Both the position numbers and the translations under genes were made by a program. The notes beneath the pieces are model-generated. The model saw only the letters and a program-made list of their open reading frames with translations. It made no database searches and had not been told where the DNA came from. Positions 34,231 to 46,400 of a DNA stretch of 64,000 bases are shown piece by piece. Origin of the DNA: Psammoneis japonica (Eukaryota); the NCBI GenBank assembly GCA_008632985.1, contig QPGO01000085.1:124001-188000 (forward strand), read 5' to 3'. Numbering within the stretch: the stretch's first letter is position 1; every line of letters begins with the position of its first letter.

Positions 34231-36947
34231 ATCTGATCCTCGAGTGTGTTGACAAACTCTTTGTCCGTCTCAGTGCCGTAGACATCGGTGACGGTAGACT
34301 CGGTGCCAACAAACAGTTGGGCGCTGGTGCAACCGGAGTCGACGGCCGGGGTGTCGGCGCAAACGGTGTCAGTGGCGATGGGCTCGTTGCGGCGGTGCAC
34401 ATTAAGGGCGGGGTTGGGTGATTTGCAGGCCTTGCGAAGGTGTGCACCGGCGGGCATGCGGGCGCACTGCGTGGTGCAGTCAAAATTGCGACGGACCGCA
34501 TCGACAGGTGGGAAGCCAAAGTGAGGCCGAAGAGACTCGAAGGGGGGGTCCTTGGGCTGTACAGTGCGCTCCGGAGGTGGAACGTCATCGCCATTGGGGT
34601 CAATCGCACGCAGATGACACTCGTAGAACACGTCGTCGTTCGGAATGAGGTGATCATCGAGGGCGGATGCGTGATCGGCAGACAAGGAAGCGGACAAGAT
34701 GGTCTCGTTGACAATGACACGGTGACGGCAGTTGCCGTGTTCGTCAAATGGGTTGGCAGTGGGATCGTCCTGCAGGTCAGAGATCGCGTCGCACCACTGG
34801 TCGTCGTCAGTGACAGAGTGATCGAGGACGGAAGGGTCCCATGTGTCATCACCGGTGAGGATGACATGGGGCAGTGTGTCCCATTCGGCGTCAGTGTAAG
34901 GTCGCATGGCAACATGAGGCAGGCCAGCCTTGATGTCAATGGGGATGACACAGCCATCAGGAGTGGCAATGCGTTGCAAGCCGTTGGGCACCCTGACAGA
35001 GCGATCGTTGACATCCTGTTTGCACCATTCGAGCTGGCCGCAGGAATGGATGGTCTTGCCCTTTCCCGTGTGTGCGCACTGATGGAGGATGGCGATGACG
35101 GGACCACGCTGGGTCTCAATGACGGCACCAGCGGTGACAATGGGGATGTCCACCAATTGATGATCGTCAATGCCCTGAACGTCGACTTGGCGAGAGGTGC
35201 GTGCAATGACGCGAACGTCGTCGCCAGCAATGCCGCCGTTGGCCCCACGATTGACTAGAGCGCCAGTGCGTGTGGAGCGATGAGCAGAGGCAGAGCAAAT
35301 GACATTGTGGTTGTTGACGCGGCGGCAAGTGCGGCCGTTAAGTTCCATGTCATCTGCAGGAGCTGGTGGGGCAGAGGAAGCAGCGGATGGCCCCGGTCGA
35401 CTGGCATTGGGGGCTTGGTTAGGTGACAACAGACGTTGCAGATCACCGGGTGGCAGTGGCTTGCGCTTGGTGAGGTGCGCCAGGATGGGATTGTCCGAAG
35501 TGGCGTCCACATGTGTGGCGGAGTCACCACAGTCAGCAGGAGTCGTGTTGGACAAGTTGACATCACCGTCACTCCCAAGGTGTTGGTCGTGAAGGTTGGC
35601 CGTAACAGACTCATGGCAGTTGCTGGCTCGCGGGGTGCGGTTAGGCGGACGAGAGTGCTCAAGGATGATCGCCTTGGAGGAATCGGGCAACGAATCCCAG
35701 AGCCGTTGGTGGTTGGGAGGGAGACGTCTCCATTGGACACCGGTGAGGCTGGGACCGCGGGTGTGGGCAGCATTGGCTTGAAGGACGTCAACGTCGCTGT
35801 CAATGTCGTAGAACACATCGTCGGACGGTTCCTCGGAGCAGACGTCGTGTGCGTGTGTGGCGCGTCGGGGAGCTCGAGGTGTCGTCTTGGGTTGAAACGT
35901 GCTGTCGCACTGAGCTGCCGCAGAGAGGAGCAAGCCACAGCATTGATCGCATGTGAGGCTCTTGCCACTCTGCGTGCGATGCTGATCAGCTTGGTTCTTG
36001 ACAGCACGGAGTTCCTCGACAGGGTGCACGGCATTCTCGAGCATGACGCGCTTCTGTCCCTCAGAGAAGTGGTCACTGGCGGGGATGAGTGCCTCGCACT
36101 TGCGCAACTGATCTTGCCAATGAAGGATGAACCCGTGGGTCGGACCTTTCCAAGTGCCATCACCAAGACGTGTGGTGGTGAGGTGCGTGAGCAGGGTGGA
36201 GGACTCGACAGATGCACGGGTGGAGGCAAGCGCGCACTCAGACAAGGAGCGGCAGACGGTCTGTGTGTCAGAAGACCCCACATTTTTGCGAATGAGAGCC
36301 TTGCCCTTGTCGGTGAGAAGGATGCGTTCGAAGACGGTGAACATGCACTTTTGCTGTTCAGCAAAGAGCAGTTTGTCTTCGGGGCTGGTCGGTTTGTACG
36401 ACGAGTCTAGAATGCACTCGACGTCTTGGGCACGGGCTTGTGCCACAAGTGAGGTGTGCCAAGTGTGCCACTGCTTGTCGGATTTGAGAGCCGTGAAAGC
36501 GGTGGGATCACGCTTGATGCCTCGCTTGAAGTCTCGCACCGGGTCGCGTGCCTTGGTCGGGTTGGTGACATGTGGAGGTGCAAGGGGTGAGCTGCCGATG
36601 GACACAGAGGACATGCAGTCCGGGCTGAGGCGGTGGGCAAGGAACTCGTCATGCGTGAACAAAGAGGAGTCGTTGGCAACGTCAAGGCCTTTGTGTGCTT
36701 TGACAATGCACAGGCTGACCAGTGCTGCTGACATGTTCTTACAACCACGGGGCAAAGGGATCACATCAGTGCCGTTGTCGCACTCAAGCGAGTCGATTTG
36801 GGACGGCATGAACGTGAACAGTTCCTGATGCGAGTCCGTGCCGTCTTGGGCCAAAGCCAAACGAAGAGGACTCCCAGCACCTTGGGCAAGCACAGTTCCA
36901 ACCACGTGCTCGAAACCATCGGTTTGTTGCTGACGAGTGAGAACCAT
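34231..36947 (-). pseudogene. gag: Copia gag-protease-integrase N-terminal ORF
   Basis: FKRGIKRD gag motif. Protease motif reads ALVNRGANGG, where catalytic D->N arises by CpG->CpA. Integrase EPIATDTV...EFVNTLED is then truncated. Confidence 0.85.
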
Positions 36948-37869
36948 GGCAGACAAAAGTGGTGTCAGTGCAATCAATTCTGGTTGGGAAGCGAAGGTGG
37001 ACTCGAAACTTGGGTGAGAATGGACTTGACTTGAAATGGACTTGACTTGAAATCTTGAACTGTCTTAAAATCAGAAGTCGCCGGGCTTTGTTATCCCGTT
37101 CGTTGTTGAGTGCTAAACTTCCTGTCCGGTCCGCAGAGTTGTGCCGGCACGTCCGAACCCGCAGCCAGCGGTGCTTTGGGTTGCTCACGAGCGGAGCAGC
37201 GGGTTGCAAACCCCTGCAGGTAAGCTGACCAGAGGTGGACAAGACCCCTGAACCGTTCTTATTTTGTGTCGGTTGGATTTCCCGATCAGGCTGGCCAGTT
37301 GACGCAGGCGTCAGGCGCTGTGGACGAACAAACAAACGCGGGAAAGCACCCTCGCCCCAACGCAGGCTGCAGTCACGGCTGCTTGCTCTCACAGTCGTCC
37401 TCGTGGACCTAGTAGAACTGTAGAGCACCAGTAGTCCGGGGTAGATCAGGTACAATGGACTCGGTGTGCTTGTAGAGTGGTGGCAAAACCGTGGTCCGAA
37501 GGGTGGGTACAGGTTCTTGGCCGTGAAGATATGTATATATATATATGTCTACAGCGATGAAGATCCTTGAATATGTAGGGTTCTTGACCGTTAACCGATG
37601 AATAGGTATATCAAGGGATGAGGATCAAGGATAGACTTGGATATGACCGTTGAATGTATGTCTTCAGCGATCGAAGGTAGTATAATCAATCCAGATATCC
37701 AGCGGTAAGGAGACTTGACGGTGACGTTAACTTCCTGCCGATGCCCTGGTATTGGATGCGCGTAGACTTGCCGATGTATGTAGAATATATACGGAGGTCC
37801 ACGTAGAATTGAAATAGCGTCGTTGGTAAATCAACGACGACGATGGCGGTTGCTCAATGGGTTGACAAT

Positions 37870-37886
37870 GAGCAAGACTGTTAATC
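37870..37886 (-). other. Putative primer-binding site complementary to a tRNA-Asn anticodon arm
   Basis: No TGG after the 5' LTR. Plus strand reads GAGCAAGACTGTTAATC, i.e. a CT-GTT-AA anticodon loop with GA/TC stem. Confidence 0.45.
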
Positions 37887-38162
37887 TGACAGAAATTGAA
37901 GGCAAATGGCAAGAATTCAAACAATAACTCCTTACTGCTGTCTAAATAGCAGATGAGTCTCCGCTCAGAGACCGTTACAGGAGCCGAGAGACGTGTAAGT
38001 CGGTATAATCGGGCTACTGTTGTTATTCTTGTGAGCCTTGTGGCTCGAAAGCAAACTACATCGCGCGTGAACGCGCGGAACTAAAGCACACAAAACTGTG
38101 CGCGGCAAACTAAACAGCGCGCGATACTTCGCTCGCATCCAAATCCTGTTCAAATCCTGTCA
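37887..38162 (-). repeat. 5' LTR of the copia element (TpA-retaining copy)
   Basis: 276 bp, TG...CA, followed by TSD CTGAC. Confidence 0.95.
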
Positions 38163-38163
38163 C

Positions 38164-40600
38164 TGACAAACATCTGAGATGGGGAGTTCACTCCCTTGTG
38201 TTGGACAGACTGGCACAGACAGACTGGAGAGATCCGATGATCTCTCCTTTGCTCACTTTCTTTCTTCTCTGGCACATGATTGACACATCTGTCCCCCAGA
38301 TGTTGTTAGATCATCCAGACACCAGCAGTTTGCAAGGTTGTGAGCAGCAGTGTGCTGTTCATTTTCCTCAAAACAGCCACATTTTTCAACGCTTGTTGTG
38401 TGACTTGGGAGCGTTTCTCTGTTGAAATCATCATCTTTGTCACAGCTGTTTGTCTCTCTCAATTTGTGATCACCATGACCACCACAGAACACATGCCAGC
38501 ATTCCATGCAGGCACCAGTTTTTTTTTTCACACAACTGTGGTCAACAAGAACACAAAGGCCATTGATTTGACCAAATCAAGTCAACACTGGTTGAGCTCC
38601 AACCACACGATTGCTTGCCCGATGCCTGTCATCACCTGAGTGCCCTTGGTTCAGACAAGACACCTGCTCCTGAAGATCTTCTGCATGAATTTGCTCCTCA
38701 AGGCCTCAAGAACAATGCCACAGCAACTCTCCATCACAAGGTTGTTTAGGATCTTGTCATTCCCCAAGCTGCGCTGATCAAAGATCTCACACAGATTGGA
38801 CCAATCATGGAAAGGCTTCTCTTTTTGTGGCTCTGCCCCTCAAGGTTGTCCTGTTCATCTGAGCCATGCCAATCTTCAGAAGGCTGTGACCAAGGCAATC
38901 TTGGGTGATCAGGACGCTGTGACAACAAATGTTGAGACCCTCTGTCTCCATTTTTGTCCTGGTTTTGAGCATTGTGATTGTTGGGATGACATGTCTGATG
39001 CTCCACATCCAAAATCCTCTTCCAAGGCCTCAGCCACTCATTGGCCTGGTCCAAAACAGCACAAGCAAGCTGTGGCCAATGTGTTGAAGAGTGTTTCTCC
39101 TGTTGAAAAACATTCAACCATGACTCCACCTCCCCAAGGTTTGCAGCATCCAAGTTGGACCCAGTTGCCAGGTCTGCTGCTTGTGGCTCTGATGCCTCTG
39201 TTGCATCTTAAGTTGATGATGCACTTGCCATGGGTGCCAAGATGGACCCCAGGAGTGCTGTTCCAAAGAGTGTCAAGTCTGGCATGTCTGTTGTGGTGCC
39301 TGAAGTGGGCCATCTGCAGTGATTGGTGGTGGTTCCCTTGAATTTCCTGCCAATTTGGTGGTGCTTCCCACCAGCTTTCACACCCCACTCAAGACCCCAA
39401 AGTTTTTTCTTTCTTGCCATTCTGTTGTTCCACACAAAGATGGTCATGTTTGCCCCCTTGATGGGCTGCCCTCTGTTGCCAAGGTCACACCTGAGCTGCT
39501 TGCCACCCACAAGCCACTGTCATTGTCTGATGCTTGTGGATGCTGCCAGTGCTCTGTTGGTCATTAAGTTGATTTGCACTTGGATTTTGGGTTCAGCAGT
39601 CATCAATTTTGGGTGTGCAATGCTGCCATTCCTCATGTTGTCCAAACACAAGAGAGGGCAACCAAGTCTCATCACCTCCCAACATGTCACCTCTTTCCTT
39701 CACTGTCAGGACCATTGTGGCATTGAATGGTGTTTTTCCTGGCACTCCTGATCTGTTGACCATCCCTGATGATGACCCTGCACTTTGCAGCCAGGGAAGG
39801 GATTCCTGCAGCACAGAGGAAGCACACAAGGCCATTGAGAATTCAACCTTCAACCAAGACACCTCACTTGACAACCACAATTTGAATGCTGTGCAATGCT
39901 CACCTGTGATGCATTGCTGTTTTTTCAACATTGAACAACTTTGTGATGCATTTTGTTTGTCCAATGTGTTTTTCAGGGGTGACACAAAATGTTGCAAAAG
40001 CTTTGGTTTGTCAGGTGGATTGCTGTTGCTTCATTTTCACTGCATCATCCACCGTGGTGGATTTCCATTTTTTGGCCCCATCTCTCCTGATGAGTTTTGC
40101 AGTTGATTGTTCATGAATTGGCAAAATTGTTCTTTGGTGCATGACTCGATTTGTCCACCAGACAATTTGTTGTTGGGAGCTGCCTTTGACTTTTTTTGTT
40201 GACCAAAGACTGCTGCACTGACCAAGGCTGTGGGTTGGACACTTCATTCCCAATGTGCTTGTTGGTTTGTGGGACATTGTTGTTGTTGATTGTTGTTGTG
40301 TTTGTGGACCAAGTCTTGGGCATTTCTTTTGGCCCTCTCTTTGTTCTGCTGCTCTGGCCCTCTGTTCTTTCGGATGCTCTCTTTCTTTCTTGATGATGAA
40401 CATCATTGCATTGCTCATCAGAGGAGGGTGACAGACATCCAGGGTGGGGAGTGCACTCCCTTGCATTGGACAGACTGGCATGGACAGACTGGAGAGATCT
40501 GATGATCTCTCCTTTGCTCACTTTCTTTCTTTTCCAGCAGCACATGAGATCACCATCTGTCCCAGATGTCACCAGATTGTCCCAACACCAGCAGTCTGCA
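38164..40600. mobile_element. Old degenerate element bounded by a ~170-bp direct repeat (38164-38335 and 40429-40600); LTR or split-direct-repeat retroelement remnant
   Basis: Both copies share tgaca.acatc...ttggacagactggca..gacagactggagagatc.gatgatctctcctttgctcactttctttc. Interior is TpA- and CpG-depleted. Confidence 0.6.
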
Positions 40601-41356
40601 ACACACCTTGGCACCATCAACAAGCTGTCTTTGTCTGGAGGATGAAAGAGCCATGTCTGTTCTGGAGCACCACACCAATCAACACCCAAGACACAGCACA
40701 CAATTTTGCAAAGCTTGAGAAAGAAGCTGACAAACAAAAACTCTGGTGCACTGCGAACAACCCACGCCCTGGCTGATGGAAATTGACACAGACACAATAA
40801 TCACTGAGACAGTTGGGCAAAGAAAACTTGATCAGCAATGAGCACAGTGTTGGACTCTAGGTGGAGTCGGAGCACCCAAAGAGCATGTCAGTCGAAAAAG
40901 CACTTCTCCTCACTTTGTGCGCTGCAAGAGACAATGCACCGCCAGAAGCAGTGACTTTGACAAGGAGGTCATACAATGACAAGTTGAGCAAGGTTAGAGA
41001 AAAATCATCAAGACCCACATTTTGCTAACCATAACCTTGCAAATCAGTGTCGAACAAGGATTGACATGAAGAGGCAAAAAAAGCAGGTCGACGCTTTTGG
41101 ATGCGAAGTGATGACTGACAGACGGGACATGTGGGCGAAATCGCATCGCCAAAACGTTCATTGTCAGCTTCATGCACGAAGGTGCTGTTTATTTTATGGA
41201 TTTATTTTCATCTCTGTTGAAAGCCACACTGGGCGGGTTCGCCATTCGCCACATTTTTTGTTTTCCATCGCCACTCGCTTTCCGCCTGCCACTTGCCACC
41301 GTGTTGATCCATCGTTCATTTCTTCCTTGAAACGTTGCAAGTAAAAGCCTTCTACG

Positions 41357-43134
41357 ATGGTATCGGAACAAACAGAAGAACATGCTTGTGAGAATCCCAA
41401 CGAGATGAGCACCAAAGTGGACTATGACACAGCTGATGCCCGTGTCGACGAGACCAAGTTTCTCGAGGCTGAAGACGAGAACATTGGCGAGGAGGAAGTT
41501 GCCAACGAGTCTCTCGTGAAGGAGCTTCAAGTCACAAAGCATAGAGCTGAAGCCTTGGAAGAAGCTTTGAAGCAGGCTCAGGACGAACTTTCACATCTGA
41601 TTGCAAATAAAGATCAAGACGATGCACTTGCATCGTCTGTAATTGATCAGTATGGAGCTGATCTCGAGAAAGCGAATGCTGCCATCAAAGAGCAGGCCGA
41701 GACACTTAAATCAAACAAAGTTACTATCGATAGTCTTGAGGAAGGCCTGGCAATGAAGGAGGAGTACATCAACAGTGTCCTCAACCAGTCTGAGAAGTAT
41801 TCTTGGTTTGAAGACGTGGAGAAGAAACACAGGGACGTGCAAGCCCTTCTTGAGTCTGAGCGCAAGAACTCCAACTTGACTGTCGAAGATATGCAAAGGG
41901 AAATCGATGAAGCTCTTGACAAGGTCCAAAGCCTCGAACAAAAGTCTCTCGAGATGTGCACGAAGAACGAAGAACTAGAAGCGATGTTGGAGTCGGAGCG
42001 TGAGCGCGGAGAATTACAGGCAAAGTTTGAAACTGACCTTAATGAGACCAAATCCTCTCTCAAGGAGGCTCAAAGAGAAATCAAAGAGCTTAGCGCGGTC
42101 GTATCTCAGCTTGAAAAGGAAAAGAGCGATCTTGCTAAGGAAAGAGAGGGAGTTGAATCAGAAAAGGCAAAAGCTCAAGCTAAAGTCGAACTTCTAGAGG
42201 TTGCGGTTCAGGTCGAGCGCGACGAGATCAAGCGCTTGAATAGCTTCTTTGAAGAAAACATTGAATCACTCAAGGCAAAAGCTCGATCCGAAGTCGAGTT
42301 CCTCGAGGTTGCGGTTAAGACCGAACGTAACGAGATCAAACGCCTTAACAAAGTATTCGAAGAAAGTATTGAATCTGTCAAGTCGACAGCTCGAACCGAG
42401 GTCGAGTTCCTAGAAGTCGCGGTTAAGGTTGAACGGGAAGAGAACAAGCGAAAGAATGAATTGATCGAAAAGATCAAGAGTGAAAAGGCTGACCTTGTGG
42501 CAGAACTCGAAAATGAATCCCAGAAGGTGTTAGACCTTCAGGAAGCTATCAAATCCAAGGACTCTTTTGGAAAGGAGCTCAAAGCTAGTCTCGACAAGTG
42601 CAAAAAGGCCCAAGTTGAGCTAGCTGTCAAGGCTGTCAAGTTGGAAGATATGAGGCAGCATACGTTGAAGGAACTTAAAACAACAAATGACAAGCTCGAT
42701 GCTGCAAAGTGGGACATTGTTGTGTTGGACGAAAAGCTCAAGGCGGCAACTAAAGCGAACGAAGCCCACCAAGAAAGCATGGCCAAGGTTAGCGAATGGG
42801 TTTCAGCTCTGGCATCTAATGTGAAAAAGAGCTTCAGCAACAGGGTGACGAGGACGTCACTTGTAATAAGGCTCCATCACCGAAACATCATGAAGATGCG
42901 GAACAAGACCCATTGAAAGACTACGAGGCAGGTCTTGCAGATGAGGACCTGCTGGGCGACAAACGGGATGATGAAGACATGGACAACCAAGAAGCTGAAA
43001 GTCGGCAAAACGAAAATTCCAATGAATTGTCAACGGGCGGCGAAGCTGATCCGACATCGAAAGCAACTGTCAAGTCACCTCGATCGTCAACTGCCAATGC
43101 AGATATGTCGCCTGAATTGGAGCCAACCAATTGA
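41357..43134 (+). CDS. Coiled-coil protein, paralogue 3, with a 1-nt frameshift near 42825 (pseudogene or assembly error)
   Basis: Closely similar to 23298-25070. gtgaaaaagagc vs gtgaacaaagagc in copy A; the C terminus continues in ORF 42913-43134. Confidence 0.75.
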
Positions 43135-43499
43135 CTGTAACCGACACAATGCAAAGCATCAGAATAGTGAAGTTTACCGTACCTTAAAAAATGTAGTGTT
43201 TATTTTCAGATTCGACGGTAATGTAGAATGTAGAATGTAATTTGAAAAGGGAGAAATCGTACGGTATCCTCAAGACTCCCGCAAACCCGTGGAGTACAGT
43301 ACTCGACCATTTTTGCTTCTGCAGCCAACATAATTTTCGTCTTCAATGCAATGAAGAAAGTGAGTTTGGGTGCAAACACTTTAGAATTTTTCAATTTCAA
43401 CTCAGCACTGGGGAATGTGTGTAAGACGTACAATGAAAACAATGGAAAAGGGAAACATTGCTTCCTCAACTTTTTTTGCCTCTCAGGAGCTTGCACACT

Positions 43500-46400
43500 T
43501 CATGGTCTTGAGCTCTGCTCAGCAAGTTTACAAACTGGAAGGCAATGCAGCATTGACCATGTTGTTGAAGTCAGACTGAGGAGCTGACACTGCTCACCCC
43601 CAGTTCCTCAGCCTCAATCTTGGATGTGATCACACCATGGATTGGAGAACAGCACTCTGATTGAGCGGGCTTCAGCTGTTTGGTGTGGTGCTCAGCTTTG
43701 CAGCAGGGTGCACAAGGCCACCAAGACTGCACCCTGTCAGAGTGATGCCCTTCTGACATGGCCAGATGAGCAACACATTTCATCTGAAACCCAGTTTTGC
43801 TGTCATTGCCAACAACAATGGATCCCCACAAAGTTGAAACACAAACACACAGACTGCCAAAGCATGGGCCTTGCAACCTGTGCTGTCTTGTTTGACGACC
43901 AATGGTGCCTCTGTCCAATGATCTGGAGGCTGAAGGTGTGCTGAGCCAGAGTTTTGTTGGAGCAAACTTGCACCAGATTTGTTCCAACTTTTGTCAGTCA
44001 AGCTGAAATCAGCTCCAGAGTGCTGCATGAGGTGCTCCAGTCCCCCATGTCAGTTGTCTTGTTGACAATGTGGAGTCATGACATGTGAACAGCAACTTGT
44101 TCAGAGGTGGCTGGACAACAATTGGCTGGGTCAAAGTGCCAACAGAGATTTGAGACATGCAGCCATGACATGTCACTTGTGTGAGAAGGTTGATCTTGCA
44201 TGATGCAGTTGAGACTGGGGCAATGGCTTGAGATGGCTGGGACCAACTGGAGCTCTTGGTGGGGCAGAAGAGGAAGCATGAGTGCTTGACTCTGACAAAG
44301 TGGGGGCATTGGAGGTGAGGCTGCACCATGCCTCCCTTGTCAGTGCAACATTGCCAGCAACTGCAGGAGACTGAGATTTGGCACTCACTGATGTCTTGAC
44401 CTTTTTGCAAGGGGAGGCATCAAGGAAGGAGCCAAAAAAACCAAAAAGCTTCAAGACACCACACAAGACACCACAATGTGGGCATGTTGGCACAACAAAA
44501 CAAAAACAAAAGCTTGCTGCCATCATGAAAACAGGCACCATCTGCATCGTGCTGCCCTCCAACTCTTTGTTTTGACTTTGGCTGAAGCTTGCATTTTGTT
44601 TGTCTTCAAAGCAGCTCTCCTTCAGCCTCACACCCAGCAACAAAGCATCAAGAGCTTTGCTTGCTGTGCTGGGGGTGTGTCAGCTCCAGGTTGTTGCTCT
44701 TTGTGGAGCAACACTTTCCAAGTTCTTGTTTTGGCACCTGTGCTTGCTGTTGCTCTGCAAGTCAGTCCTTTGGTTGTGCATTTGTCAACAAGCATTGCAA
44801 GCTGCTTGCTGTGGCTGTGGCTGCACACAACAGACCAGATGATCAAATGTCAATCAAGTGTGAGACTGAGAACCAAGAAGCATGACAGCATGTGTGAAGC
44901 ACTGGACATGATTCTCCAATGGCACAACATGGCTCCACTCAAGATTGATTTGTTGAGTGTGATCCTGAGTTCAAGAAAATGCTGGCAGAAGATGCTAAAA
45001 AAATGTTCTTCCTGAAGTCAAGTGGAGCATGAAGACCATCAAAGAGCAACCTTGAACCACTGCACACCATGCACCACACAAGATGACAGAACAAAGGTCT
45101 CATGTGCCCTGTCACTGGCCAAGGCAAGGAGACTGGCACATGATTTAAAAAAAAAAACAGAAACAAGGCTTGCTGGTGACTGGATTGTTGAGGTCCTCTC
45201 CCACAAGGAGCTTGCACACAAAATCTGCTGTTGTCTTGAGACAGTGAGTGAGATCATTGCAGCTCTTTTGTTCTTTTGGTGCTGGAGAACACACCTGCCC
45301 TTTGCTTGGTGTGGGGATTTTTTCATCTCACCCACAAGTCAGGATGTGGGGGGCACCATGTCAGGATGGCCAAAAGATTTGCTGACAGCCAGCATTGTCA
45401 CACAAACAACTTCAGCAATGTGCAAAACATGATGGAGCTTTTGGGCTTATGACAAATGAAGGGCAGTGCAAGAAGTTCAGCCTTTGTGCTGCATTGACTG
45501 TTTTTTGGGAAGACACATGTTGCAGCTGTGCTCTTTGGCTTTGACCAAACAACTCCACACACCAAAGTCAGTCATTGTTGAAATGCCCCATTTCATCAAC
45601 ATCAACTTGTCAAACAGAAACAAGGGGCCAGGGTTGACCTTGTCATGCTGCAAAGGGACAAAGCCATCCATGGCCATGGCTGGTTGCACTTTCATTGGAG
45701 GTTGGAAGTGGCGCAACAAAAAATGGCATGCAGAAGCACTCACATCCCCCAGTGGCACACCCTCTCTTTTTTGCAGTGCTCATTTCTGATGATGGGTGGG
45801 GTTTTGTGCAAGCAGTGGGAGTGCTGAAAAACATGCAGCCAGAAGTGGTGCAAATTCTGAAAATTGTTTGTGGTTGAGGAGAAGTGAGTCAGCATGTCAT
45901 CAGCACACTGTGAGCAGAAAATGTGGTGGGAGGTGGGGGTGTGTGGGTGAACTGGCCTCACAGAGGCAGCATGAGTGGATGACTCACATGCTTGGAGTTG
46001 AAAAGCAAACAAAGCTTTGGCAAGGGAAACAAACTTCATTGCAAACTTTTGAATGAGATGAGCTGGAAAAATTGCAAGGCATGTGGGCATTTTGCATCTT
46101 TTTGATGAACTGTCTGTCACAATGGATTGACAAGCTGTTTGATTAAACTCACAAATAAAATGTCATCTTGCCATTGCAAGCAGCACTGGTTTTCACTCTT
46201 ACACTCAATTTTTTTGCACCAGCCAGCTGTTAAAAAAATGTGTGAAAAAAAACTGAACATCTCAACATCACACTCTGTGAGCTTCTTCACCCACCAGGAG
46301 ACTCGCTTCAAGTTTGTCTTTGGACTTGGCAAATGCTGTGCAGTGCACACAGCTTTGCTGTGTGCAAAGTCTTTGTTCACTTGGTGCAACTTTGAGAGCC

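Larger units (their letters stand above)
31285..38162 (-). mobile_element. Ty1/copia LTR retrotransposon (diatom CoDi-type), both LTRs present, internally deleted and hypermutated
   Basis: 276-bp TG...CA LTRs; 5-bp TSD CTGAC (31280-31284 and 38163-38167); PPT; gag-PR-IN-RT-RH order with KHDGRHKARL, ALYGLRSSG, YVDD, TYGSEF, NPADILSK. Confidence 0.95.

Noticed and set aside
34231..35248. N-terminal part of the 1246-aa ORF 31508-35248 and antisense ORFs over gag/pol
   Set aside because: Shadow frames kept open by stop-codon depletion; the true coding frame there is the gag-PR-IN ORF.
37870..37886. A tRNA gene at the tRNA-Asn-like stretch
   Set aside because: Only an anticodon-arm-sized match, with no acceptor stem or T-arm.
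31285..38162. Classical fungal-type RIP (CpA->TpA) as explanation for the LTR differences
   Set aside because: Conserved Tyr codons are lost rather than stops gained, and old repeats are TA-poor rather than TA-rich, so the direction is opposite.
31285..38162. ADAR-like editing of the retrotransposon RNA
   Set aside because: It would not make the two LTRs differ along their length, would be single-stranded (both Y>C and Y>H occur), and cannot explain the DNA-transposon TIRs.
38500..40000. Possible DIRS/Ngaro RT-RNase H remnant between the direct repeats
   Set aside because: Only faint motif resemblance; family assignment not supportable.
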